Below are positions 55,148-63,537 of a DNA stretch of 64,000 nt, in pieces (position 1 is the first letter of the stretch; every line of letters begins with the position of its first letter). The stretch is taken from positions 1-64,000 of IMG/VR virus record IMGVR_UViG_3300036402_000045; one strand, given 5' to 3'. This stretch comes from a virus. The translations under genes were made by a program, and so were the position numbers. Under the pieces are notes generated by a model. That model was not told the DNA's origin and did not search any database. It saw only the letters and a program-made list of their open reading frames with translations.

Positions 55148-56027
55148 CCGCAGCATTCTGAAGTCGTTCGTCAAGCACATTCAGGAGAAGGACGTTGATC
55201 CGTTCACTCCATTGATCGATGCGTACCTCACGAAGCGAGAGCTTCCCAAGTACCGAGACAGACGGCTGAAGGAGTTCAGCTTCCCGGTGCTGGAGCGCCC
55301 TCGTCCGTTGGGCAGGTTGTCTCCCTCTGCCCTCTGTGGCTGCGAGAGACAGGCCGCGTTCAAGATGCTGGGGGTTGAGGGCCGCAAGCGGGTTGACGCC
55401 GACACAGAGTTGGTCTTCATGGACGGTCATTGGCGTCACCACAAGTGGGACTACATCTTCCTCGACATGCAGGCGATGTTTCCGAACAAGATCAAGGTGC
55501 TCTCCTACGAGGACAACATCAAGATCCCGCACCTGTTCATCGCTGGCTCGTTGGACATTCATGTTGCTGTCAAGATGGATGGTCGCTGGGTTCGCTACGT
55601 CATCGACTTCAAAGGAGCGAACGACTGGGCATTCCAGTACGTCCACAAGAACCACGCTCCGAAGCCCGAACATCTCCTTCAGGTGCTCCCCTACATGCGA
55701 GCCAAGAAGTGCCGCAAGGGAGCGGTGATCTACGACTCCAAGAATCGAAACAACTTCTACATCTTCACCTTCGACTTCAACGCGAAGGAATGGAAGATGG
55801 TTCGCCGCTGGGCCGGTCGGGTGCTCGATCAGCTAGAGCGGAATGTTCTGCCGCCCACGTCTCCCGATTGCACCAAGGGCAACTTCATGGGAGACAAGTG
55901 CCCGTTCCGAGGACTCTGCTATGGCCCGAAAGACGACGACCGGATCGAGCAAGAGATCTTCCAGCAATGGCAAGGACTCGAAGCTCTCTGGGAAGAAGGA
56001 CTTGCGATCGAAGCCGAAATCTTCTAA
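55131..56027 (+). CDS. Cas4-like PD-(D/E)XK exonuclease
   Basis: SPS..C.CER, G..H, GSLD, IDFK, Q...Y, C...CPFR..C. Confidence 0.8.
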   Translation: MPVASDRSILKSFVKHIQEKDVDPFTPLIDAYLTKRELPKYRDRRLKEFSFPVLERPRPLGRLSPSALCGCERQAAFKMLGVEGRKRVDADTELVFMDGHWRHHKWDYIFLDMQAMFPNKIKVLSYEDNIKIPHLFIAGSLDIHVAVKMDGRWVRYVIDFKGANDWAFQYVHKNHAPKPEHLLQVLPYMRAKKCRKGAVIYDSKNRNNFYIFTFDFNAKEWKMVRRWAGRVLDQLERNVLPPTSPDCTKGNFMGDKCPFRGLCYGPKDDDRIEQEIFQQWQGLEALWEEGLAIEAEIF

Positions 56028-56162
56028 TGATGCCTATAGCGAGGTACGGGCGGTCCTCGAACCGTTGCTTGAATTCTTCGCGGCGGGGGATGATGTGTTC
56101 ACCGAACACGATTCATTTGATCCGGCACACCTACACGCCTCTCTTGGAAGGATCTATCGAAG

Positions 56163-56813
56163 TTGGAAGGTTTGCCGTACCGCTTTGGACCCGGAATTCG
56201 ACCCGGAGAGATTCAGCTACGAGCGGAAGCAGAAGCGGCGTGCTTCGGATTCACCCAGTCCGATCAGCCGAACCCGTTCTACGGTCCCGAAGTCGATCTC
56301 CGCAACGAACCGCAAGCGGACCGCGACGCCAGAGAAGAAGTCGCCAAAGCCATCTGTTCGTCGTGCAAGCTCAAGTGGCCGTGCCTCGAATGGGCGATAG
56401 CCACCGAGGAAGAGTGGGGCGTGTGGGGCGAGATGCCCCCGCAGGATCGCAAGAGGTTTCGGAAATGGCTGCGGAAGACCAAGCGCAATGAGAAGCCCAA
56501 AGGCTCCAGCCTCAAGAACCTCGTCACGCTCTGGCTCCAAGTCGAAGAGCGCAACCGCAAGCGTCGGGAGCGAGAAGCCAAGAAGCAAGCCCAACCTCAA
56601 GCAAAGGTCGTCAAGCTCACACCGCGCCCTGGTGGTGATGGGACTCGATCTGTCTCTGACCGCAACCGGGTTGGTGGTACTGGACGGGCTACGGGTTTGT
56701 CGGTGGCGGCTTCTCCGAACGGAACCAGTAGGACAGCAAGGCCAGTCCCTCGGGCTGCTTCCGTCAGGCAAGTACCGGGGGCACCAAGAGGATCGAATCG
56801 AGTGGTCCGTTAG
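56163..56813 (+). CDS. whiB: WhiB-family transcription factor
   Basis: AAC...AKAICSSC...CLEWA...GVWG; start and C-terminal overlap uncertain. Confidence 0.8.
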   Translation: MEGLPYRFGPGIRPGEIQLRAEAEAACFGFTQSDQPNPFYGPEVDLRNEPQADRDAREEVAKAICSSCKLKWPCLEWAIATEEEWGVWGEMPPQDRKRFRKWLRKTKRNEKPKGSSLKNLVTLWLQVEERNRKRREREAKKQAQPQAKVVKLTPRPGGDGTRSVSDRNRVGGTGRATGLSVAASPNGTSRTARPVPRAASVRQVPGAPRGSNRVVR

Positions 56814-57156
56814 CCATATCCGAAAGGCGTGGCGTAAGTTCCGCCCCGATCTTGTCGTGATCGAGGACTACGCCTACGGCGCTCGCGGCAGGGGCTTGAC
56901 CGGCATCCATGAGCACGGAGGCGTGGTCCGGAACTTCCTGTACCGAGTCGATGCCCCGTTTGTGGTGGTGCAGAACGCCGTCATCAAGCAGTACGCAACG
57001 GGATCAGGCAAAGCCACGAAGCCTGAGATGGTTGCCGAGGCGAAGACTCACTGGCCCGAGCTTCCAGACATGCGAGAGAACGACAACCTCGCAGACGCCT
57101 ACTTCATGGCACATTTCGGAAACACGAACTACTCATCCCTGGTGCAGAATGCTTGA
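56638..57156 (+). CDS. ruvC: RuvC-like Holliday junction resolvase
   Basis: GLDLSLTATG, VIEDY, K..ATG.GKATK..M, NLADA. Confidence 0.85.
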   Translation: MGLDLSLTATGLVVLDGLRVCRWRLLRTEPVGQQGQSLGLLPSGKYRGHQEDRIEWSVSHIRKAWRKFRPDLVVIEDYAYGARGRGLTGIHEHGGVVRNFLYRVDAPFVVVQNAVIKQYATGSGKATKPEMVAEAKTHWPELPDMRENDNLADAYFMAHFGNTNYSSLVQNA

Positions 57157-57188
57157 CAGCAGAATGTTTCCGTTCTAGCCTGGAGCAC

Positions 57189-57407
57189 ATGAACACGAAG
57201 CAGTTGAAGGAGCGGTTGGAGAAGATCAACGTCCTTGACGAGAAGCCCGACCCCGAAGCCGCTCACTCCGAGCAGGACGATCTGATCGTGGCGTTTCTTG
57301 CTGAGATCGTTGACAACAAATACCGCAACTACAACCGTCTTCGGCAACACGCTGAGCTTCTTCTGAAGTTGGCGACCGATGACCAGAGAGAGCGGTGGTA
57401 CGCGTGA
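57189..57407 (+). CDS. Hypothetical protein (leaderless)
   Basis: DPEAAHSEQDDL...RWYA; promoter TTGACA-17-TAGCCT 57153-57181. Confidence 0.65.
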   Translation: MNTKQLKERLEKINVLDEKPDPEAAHSEQDDLIVAFLAEIVDNKYRNYNRLRQHAELLLKLATDDQRERWYA

Positions 57408-57784
57408 TCGCCGCTTCCGGCGTTCGCTTCGACGGTCTTGACCTGTTGGTGGTCTTGGCCCTCGTCTCCATCATCGTCGTGCTGGTGTCGCTCTACTTCG
57501 TAACCTTCGGCAAGAAGGTCGATGACGACATCGATCGTCTACTGAAGACCACCGGCCCGAAGCTCTCAATGGACGAGATGGATGGGCTTCTCCGGACCGA
57601 TTACCTGGCTCTGTTGACGCCGAACCTGAGCGCCACCCCCTACTTCCTTGACAGTGGAACCTCACTCCCGAAGCTGTGGAGCTTGATGGACGAGGAATGG
57701 AAGTACGGGATTTCCGAAAGTCCCATGCCCACTCCGTTCTACGACTGGGCCAATGAGCGGCCCGTTCCGCTGGTGAACTGGTGA
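57404..57784 (+). CDS. Membrane protein
   Basis: N-terminal TM helix. Confidence 0.5.
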   Translation: MIAASGVRFDGLDLLVVLALVSIIVVLVSLYFVTFGKKVDDDIDRLLKTTGPKLSMDEMDGLLRTDYLALLTPNLSATPYFLDSGTSLPKLWSLMDEEWKYGISESPMPTPFYDWANERPVPLVNW

Positions 57785-58002
57785 GCGCGGACCTGCCGGG
57801 AGTGCTTCCTCCCGTCCGCATCCCGAAGGACTGGAAGGAGCGGGCCGACCTCGCCAACTTCGCTGGCCTCTCGGACGACGAAAGGGCTGCTCTGGACGCA
57901 TGGTGCGCCCTGGAACAGCGGGAGTACGAGGCCCGTCTACGGCGAGCGATGGAACGTGACGGCGACCTGCCGATGGCGTCCGCATCCGACGAGAAGGCAT
58001 GA
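57781..58002 (+). CDS. Hypothetical protein
   Basis: Coupled ORF. Confidence 0.5.
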   Translation: MSADLPGVLPPVRIPKDWKERADLANFAGLSDDERAALDAWCALEQREYEARLRRAMERDGDLPMASASDEKA

Positions 58003-58514
58003 GCTACCGAGGCAGCGCGTCGCTCTCGGACAACGGTTGGTATCGCTACGACCTGGAACGGAAGTGGGAGCGAGTCATAACCCGCAAGGTCGTCTGGGTC
58101 ATGCTCAACCCGAGCACCGCCGATGCTCGATTCGATGACGCCACAATCCGAAAGTGCGTGAGCTTCTCCCAGATATGGGGCTTCGACGGCATGGCTGTGG
58201 TGAACCTGTTCGCCTACCGGTCCACCAATCCCAACGTTCTCGCCAACCTGCACGACAAGGGCCATGCACGCGGACCCGAGAACCCTGGATACATCAGAAG
58301 CCACATCAACGACCGCGAGACACAACTAGTGGTGGCTGCTTGGGGAGCCAACGTCAACAAGATGGGCCTGCCCCGTTACAACATCGAAGCATGGTGTCGT
58401 GCGGCCAAGAAGCCCCTTCGGTGTCTCGGAACCAACAAGGACGGTTCTCCCAAGCACCCTGGTCGTATCGGTTACGGAACGCCCCTAGTACCTTTCGGAA
58501 AGTACGAGACATGA
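57999..58514 (+). CDS. DUF1643 family protein
   Basis: YRY.L.R.W, MLNPSTAD, DATIRKC, NLFAYRST.P, AAWG, G.PKHP. Confidence 0.88.
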   Translation: MSYRGSASLSDNGWYRYDLERKWERVITRKVVWVMLNPSTADARFDDATIRKCVSFSQIWGFDGMAVVNLFAYRSTNPNVLANLHDKGHARGPENPGYIRSHINDRETQLVVAAWGANVNKMGLPRYNIEAWCRAAKKPLRCLGTNKDGSPKHPGRIGYGTPLVPFGKYET

Positions 58515-58684
58515 ACGCTCGAAGCGTTGAGTGCCCGGTCTGTAAAGCCAAGCCCGGACAGCGGTGTTCAGAGGCCAGATCCTTGAGTCTTCCATGGGGA
58601 CGATCTCATCCGTCCCGAGTCCAGAAGGCTGCGAAATGCGTATCAACAGAAGATGACCAAGAGACGATCGCGCAAGAAGACTGA
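58511..58684 (+). CDS. Small phage zinc-finger protein
   Basis: CPVCKAKPGQRC...HPSR. Confidence 0.6.
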   Translation: MNARSVECPVCKAKPGQRCSEARSLSLPWGRSHPSRVQKAAKCVSTEDDQETIAQED

Positions 58685-59177
58685 ACCCTCCTGGTGGTGG
58701 GTTGAAGGACTTCGGAAACTGTCCGGAGTGAAGGTCTGGTATCCGCTCTACTGCTCGAAGACCGAAGCGGGCGCGCAACAAATCCAGCGCATGTGTGCTG
58801 GCGAGGCGCGGCGTATGCGAGAGGGTTTAGCTACAACTAAAGACGCCTCCACCCTCAAGGGCTACAGGGAGTTCCGAGTCGTTCCCGATAGCGAACAGGG
58901 AGTTCGCTGTAGCGAATGCACGTCGAACTACCTCAAGCGCATCAAGCGAGACGGCAAGCGGCTGTGGAAGTGCCTGAACTGCGGCCATGTGTGGGAGCGG
59001 GAAGCCTTTACCGAGTTGGTGCATGACACCAAGACCGTTTCAAAGGCCCCTACAGGGCCTTCTAAGGCTTCGAACCGCCCTGCGAAGGGTGTTGACGCTG
59101 CGAGGCGTGCTTCCGGACGGGAGAAGAAGCCACAGAAGCCGGTCCGTTCCACCCGAAAGGGTCGGAAGATCCGCTAG
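58653..59177 (+). CDS. Basic Zn-ribbon protein (leaderless)
   Basis: CSEC...CLNCG; CGTATCA 58639-58645. Confidence 0.6.
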   Translation: MTKRRSRKKTEPSWWWVEGLRKLSGVKVWYPLYCSKTEAGAQQIQRMCAGEARRMREGLATTKDASTLKGYREFRVVPDSEQGVRCSECTSNYLKRIKRDGKRLWKCLNCGHVWEREAFTELVHDTKTVSKAPTGPSKASNRPAKGVDAARRASGREKKPQKPVRSTRKGRKIR

Positions 59178-59203
59178 AGCCTGACTCGGCTGGGCTGCTC
59201 GTC

Positions 59204-59353
59204 TCAAAGAGGTTCCCAGGCGTTTTCCGAAAGAAGCTGATCGTCAACCTCTTCCCAATCCTGCCCGTCGTAGTTCTCCAGGAACGCGAAGAAGCTCGCT
59301 GCCATGTCCACGATCCCGAGGGCACGAACAGCGAGCTTCTTCAGTTGACGCAC
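59204..59353 (-). CDS. Hypothetical protein
   Basis: VRQLKKLAV..., end of lysis operon. Confidence 0.4.
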   Translation of the reverse strand: MRQLKKLAVRALGIVDMAASFFAFLENYDGQDWEEVDDQLLSENAWEPL

Positions 59354-59358
59354 GAAGC

Positions 59359-59799
59359 TCAGACCTTGAAGACCTTCGCCATGACGAGGTACACGATGAT
59401 GGCGCAGGCAGTAGCGAGCAACGCCGTCTGCCAATCAAGATGACCGTCTTCGTTCGGAGTCTTCTTCCCGCGAACCGTGGCACCGGGAATCATCTTGAGA
59501 CGAGCCGGATCATCCGAAGGGCGCTTGGCCGAGAGGTAGTCGGCGGCGAGGCCAGCACCAGATCCAACGGACAAGCCGATGGCAATGAGGGAGTAGGCGT
59601 TCATCTTCGCCAGCGAGCCGCCGATGTCGATCTGCGAAGCGAAGTCGGTCTGTGCGTAGAGCACGACGGCGACAACGCCCGCAAGCCAAGCGGAGGCCGT
59701 GGTCACGATGCCGTTGATGTCGCGGTTCGTGAGGTACTTGGTGAAGTCGATCACCTTCTTCACCAACGCCAGCATTGCGAGTACGGGTACGAATTCCAT
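59359..59799 (-). CDS. Putative holin
   Basis: Several TM helices, AAGGAG RBS, lysis cassette. Confidence 0.6.
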   Translation of the reverse strand: MEFVPVLAMLALVKKVIDFTKYLTNRDINGIVTTASAWLAGVVAVVLYAQTDFASQIDIGGSLAKMNAYSLIAIGLSVGSGAGLAADYLSAKRPSDDPARLKMIPGATVRGKKTPNEDGHLDWQTALLATACAIIVYLVMAKVFKV

Positions 59800-59807
59800 T
59801 CTGCTCC

Positions 59808-60386
59808 TTACGGGTTGGTGGTGGTGGTCGTGGAAGGAACGACCGGTGCCGGAACACTTCGTACCTCTCGGCACGCGTCCCGAACCTCGGGGATCTGAAC
59901 ATTCGGAATCTGAGGACGGAGAGATTCGAGGACGATCCGATTGTTCTCTTCGGTCTTGCAATCCACGGCTTCGATGATCTGGTTCACAAGCAACTGAGTT
60001 GACGCCACCTGTGAAGCCGTGGCTTCAGGCCCCGTCACCTTCTGAAGAATCGCTAGCGAGGAAGCGGTGTTGTCGATCGCTGTGCGGTTGTCACGACTGA
60101 ACTGGCGCTGGTCCCAGTAAGCCAGTCCTGCGAGCACAAACGCCGCTGCGAAGACAACACATGCGAGCTTGAACCAACGACGGTCCCGCTCGCGTTCTTC
60201 ATCCCCCTGCTGAACCTTGATCGTCAGGGTCTTCGTTGCTACCGCCAGTTCCCCGACCTTCTCGGCCATCATCGTCATCGAGGCCGTGAGGCCAACCAGA
60301 AGATGAACTTTCAGAGTTTCCTCTGACTCCGATGGGAGTGACGGAGGCGTCTGAAACGCCGTCTGTTCGTCGTTCGGTCCTGTCAC
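59808..60386 (-). CDS. Membrane protein in lysis cassette
   Basis: Coiled coil, TM helix, extracytoplasmic domain with two Cys. Confidence 0.55.
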   Translation of the reverse strand: MTGPNDEQTAFQTPPSLPSESEETLKVHLLVGLTASMTMMAEKVGELAVATKTLTIKVQQGDEERERDRRWFKLACVVFAAAFVLAGLAYWDQRQFSRDNRTAIDNTASSLAILQKVTGPEATASQVASTQLLVNQIIEAVDCKTEENNRIVLESLRPQIPNVQIPEVRDACREVRSVPAPVVPSTTTTTNP

Positions 60387-60527
60387 GAAGTCGCTCTGCT
60401 TTCTCAGTCACGGATTGAGCAAGGAAGACGATCTCGGTCGTCAACTGATTGATGGCATCCACGATGGCGTCTGTGTCGTCGTCTACCGCAACCAAGTCTA
60501 CGACCTGCTTCCTTATAGACACGTATA

Positions 60528-60896
60528 TCACCCACCCCGTCGATGTTCAGAAGCGGCTTCTCGCTCAAGAGCGTCCAACCGATCGACCAGTCTGTCAAGT
60601 GCGGGCAGGATGACATCGTTGGTGTTTTGGAGCGCAAGCTGATATGCGGTAAGCGCCGGGAACACCTTCTCCATCATCAGAGTTTTTGACGCGGCCTCGG
60701 CATCGTCAGTCCTCTTGCGCTCAGCGTTGCGGTCTTCAATGGCTTGGTCGTAGAGCTTCCCGCGCACGACCTGACCAGTAAGCCAAGCGATGACGATCAG
60801 ACCCAGCAGCCCGTACTGCGCCCAACCCGGTAGGGGTTCGGCAACGCTTGGACCGTTAGCGGCCACCAGATAGCTGATCCCAGTCAGGAGGGTCAC
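60528..60896 (-). CDS. Membrane/coiled-coil lysis-associated protein
   Basis: QYGLLGLIVIAWL then coiled coil. Confidence 0.6.
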   Translation of the reverse strand: MTLLTGISYLVAANGPSVAEPLPGWAQYGLLGLIVIAWLTGQVVRGKLYDQAIEDRNAERKRTDDAEAASKTLMMEKVFPALTAYQLALQNTNDVILPALDRLVDRLDALEREAASEHRRGG

Positions 60897-61185
60897 CCCG
60901 ACGCTCCTTCCAAGTCCAGTTCTTCTCGGCGGGGGTCTTCGCTATGAAGACGAGAGCCAAGATGATTCCGCCGATGTTGAAAGCCGTGTATCGGGTGATG
61001 CCGTCTCCGATGTGATCGAGAGCATTCAGCCCTGCGGCGATGGCGAGCATCGCTGCGCTCAGGTGCAACCAAGCAGGTTCGGAAAATCTCTTGAGCCATC
61101 GTGCCGCTCTCCAGAACAGCACGAAAGCCGCCAAGACTCCCGCCACCGCTGTCATCACACGGGAGATGTCCAAGGCAAGCACCAC
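60856..61185 (-). CDS. Three-TM membrane protein (holin candidate)
   Basis: Three hydrophobic helices right after endolysin. Confidence 0.55.
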   Translation of the reverse strand: MVLALDISRVMTAVAGVLAAFVLFWRAARWLKRFSEPAWLHLSAAMLAIAAGLNALDHIGDGITRYTAFNIGGIILALVFIAKTPAEKNWTWKERRGDPPDWDQLSGGR

Positions 61186-61194
61186 CTTTGTCGG

Positions 61195-62151
61195 CTACTC
61201 CGTAACACTGACCTGCACATGGGCAGGCCATCCCGGTGCCCATCCTTCGACCGAGAGGATCGTCCCGTTGCTGCCGGGAAGGTCATCGGCAGCGAAGCCG
61301 AGCTTGGCGTTCTGGTACTTCTGGTCAGCCTCCGGGCGCAGGCCAGGTTCGAGAGCACCCTTGATCTGGGTCTTCGACCACGGAAGACGGACCCAACCGA
61401 ACCCGGCATAGGGACCGGAGCTTCCGGTTCCAACGATCACGTCGTAGGTGTTCAACTGCATGTCAATTTCCTCCGATGAGAGAAGCGTGAGCCACGCCGG
61501 GGGCGCGGGAGTTGGCGGCGTTGGTTCGGAAATCACCATGCCACCACGAACGAACTGCATTACTGCACCGCCAGGGCAAGCGGTCTGCTTCCAATCGGCA
61601 TGAACGTGCCGCTCGGTTCCGGAGCCGCGGGCCTCGTACCACTCGAAGACATTCCGAAGTCCACGTCGGGCATCCACAGTGAACTCATCGCCCTCGCCCA
61701 TCAAGACGCAATGGGCGTAGCTGCGATCGTTCCCGGTATTGGTGCCGTTGGCAGCCGTTCGCCATCCGTACCAGCGTCCTTCGAAGATGAACCCGTGACG
61801 GCAAGTGACATCGGAATATGCGATGTCATTCCAGCCCTGGTGCTCCATGTGGTACTTCTGAATTCCACGGAGCTTGGTGGCGCAGGACGTGTGCGGATAG
61901 TCCCCGAGGCCCGGACCTTCCCAGTGGGCCGTGTTGCCGCGTGCGGTCGTTAGACCGGTCCTGCCCGTTGCGGCCTTGGCTCCCCAAGAAACCCGAGGGA
62001 TGAACTTCGCAGGCGGCGGCGTTCCCTTGACGCTGAGGATGGCGTTCTGGAAAGGCGGGGACTCGATCTGGCCGACGTACTCCAGAACCTCGTAAAGCTC
62101 CAGGAGATCCGCAGGAACGGAAAGATGTTCTGCTTCGAGAAGCTCAGTCAA
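61195..62151 (-). CDS. Endolysin, N-acetylmuramoyl-L-alanine amidase (PGRP-like)
   Basis: RVSWGA, AHW, IQKYHM..GWNDIAY, EGR, HADW..TACPG. Confidence 0.88.
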   Translation of the reverse strand: MTELLEAEHLSVPADLLELYEVLEYVGQIESPPFQNAILSVKGTPPPAKFIPRVSWGAKAATGRTGLTTARGNTAHWEGPGLGDYPHTSCATKLRGIQKYHMEHQGWNDIAYSDVTCRHGFIFEGRWYGWRTAANGTNTGNDRSYAHCVLMGEGDEFTVDARRGLRNVFEWYEARGSGTERHVHADWKQTACPGGAVMQFVRGGMVISEPTPPTPAPPAWLTLLSSEEIDMQLNTYDVIVGTGSSGPYAGFGWVRLPWSKTQIKGALEPGLRPEADQKYQNAKLGFAADDLPGSNGTILSVEGWAPGWPAHVQVSVTE

Positions 62152-62926
62152 GGGGACTCCTGAATGCTTGGTAGAGCGTCGCGCCGAACTGCGGCGTCTG
62201 CGGATAGGACGGAGAAGGCAGCGCCAAACGGATGCGGCGATACCACTCGCGGAACGTCTTCACGTCAGGACCGAGAGCATCGATGGCCGCTCGGGTGAAG
62301 GCTCCGTTGGGACGATTTCCGAAGGAGGCGTCGTAGCTGTATTCCGGATCGTCGCAACCCGAGATCAGAACCGGACCGCTTCGACTCGTCGCCCGGATGA
62401 ACGTGCGCTCTGCGGCGATGGCAGCCTCGACGCTCACGGGAACCGAAGGGATCAAGCCGGGAGAGATGAACTTCGGCTTTCCGGGAGGGGGAGCAGACGC
62501 CATGATCCCTCGGGCCACGGTTCCGGAGTGGCAGGAATCCGAAAGAACCGTGATCTGCGTTCCGTGGCGAGCACGGCCAAAGATCGTGTGCATCTCGTCA
62601 TCGATGAGAAGGCCACCGCTGGCGTAGTCGTGACAGCACAGCGCTTCGTCACGACCATCCGGCTCGTCACCGTCGCCGTCCGGAACCCACGTCCCGTGAC
62701 CCGAGTAGCAGAACACGAACCGATCCCGGTACTTCATCGAATCCACGATGCCGAGAAGTTCAGCCACGATCCGGGCCTTGGTAGCCGAGGAATCCAGAAG
62801 CGTCGTGACGGTGTAGCCGCGCGACTGAAGAACCTGTGACCAGTCCATCGCATCGTTGATGCAACCGGAAAGATCTCCCGCTCCGGGGTAGTCGTTGATC
62901 CCTACGCACAAGGCAATACGTCGCAT
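62144..62926 (-). CDS. Metacaspase (peptidase C14)
   Basis: ALCVGINDY, LSGCINDA, YSGHG, DGDEPDGRDE, SDSCHSG, GAFT. Confidence 0.92.
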   Translation of the reverse strand: MRRIALCVGINDYPGAGDLSGCINDAMDWSQVLQSRGYTVTTLLDSSATKARIVAELLGIVDSMKYRDRFVFCYSGHGTWVPDGDGDEPDGRDEALCCHDYASGGLLIDDEMHTIFGRARHGTQITVLSDSCHSGTVARGIMASAPPPGKPKFISPGLIPSVPVSVEAAIAAERTFIRATSRSGPVLISGCDDPEYSYDASFGNRPNGAFTRAAIDALGPDVKTFREWYRRIRLALPSPSYPQTPQFGATLYQAFRSPLD

Positions 62927-63235
62927 CTACCCATTCTCCTTCGTGTCGGGCGCGGGTTGCGGAACTGCCCGCTCAGCCCGGAGACGCATCGTGGCCTGTT
63001 CCAGCGTTTCCTTCTCGACCAAGATCTCCGCTTCCTTCAGGAGATCGGGCTGGTCCTTCAGAATGTCAACCTGATCCTGACCGACCTTGTAGGAGCGCGA
63101 CTCGCCATTGGCAAGCTGCAACACGACAACGACATCACGAACTACTTCGGTTCGCTGAAGGTCTGGATGCCAGATGGTGATGCCCGCAGAAAGCGTGCGG
63201 GGGTCTTTCTGCACGACGGGCGGCTTCTTAGGCAT
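62927..63235 (-). CDS. Hypothetical protein
   Basis: ORF track. Confidence 0.55.
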   Translation of the reverse strand: MPKKPPVVQKDPRTLSAGITIWHPDLQRTEVVRDVVVVLQLANGESRSYKVGQDQVDILKDQPDLLKEAEILVEKETLEQATMRLRAERAVPQPAPDTKENG

Positions 63236-63509
63236 GACTGATCTTCTTTCCGGTGGTCTTGCGGGGCTTGGGGGTCGTTACCCGACCGTTGTGCTTCGGC
63301 CTGTCCTTCATCGCTGCTTCCAGAGCTTCGGTCAAGCTCACCTTCTCCTGCGAGATCTGCTCGATCACCGCATCGAGCACGGTGTTCTCTCGAAGAAGCT
63401 GTGCGTTCTTTCGCTCCAGCGCCCGGACATAGGCGTTGATGTCCAGATTGATTCCGCCCTCTGGAGCTTCGGGTACTTCGGGAACCTGCTTTTCCGGTTG
63501 CGGCGTCAT
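63228..63509 (-). CDS. Coiled-coil hypothetical protein
   Basis: AAGGAG RBS. Confidence 0.6.
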   Translation of the reverse strand: MTPQPEKQVPEVPEAPEGGINLDINAYVRALERKNAQLLRENTVLDAVIEQISQEKVSLTEALEAAMKDRPKHNGRVTTPKPRKTTGKKISHA

Positions 63510-63537
63510 GCGCTCTTCTCCTTGTCTTGGTCGGCCA

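Noticed and set aside
55131-56027. Cas4-like gene as evidence of CRISPR-Cas
   Set aside because: Solo Cas4-like exonucleases are common in actinophage recombination modules; no array or other cas genes
60199-60531. Additional ORF in the lysis cassette
   Set aside because: Overlaps 59808-60386 by about 190 nt with an uncertain start; not supportable without homologues
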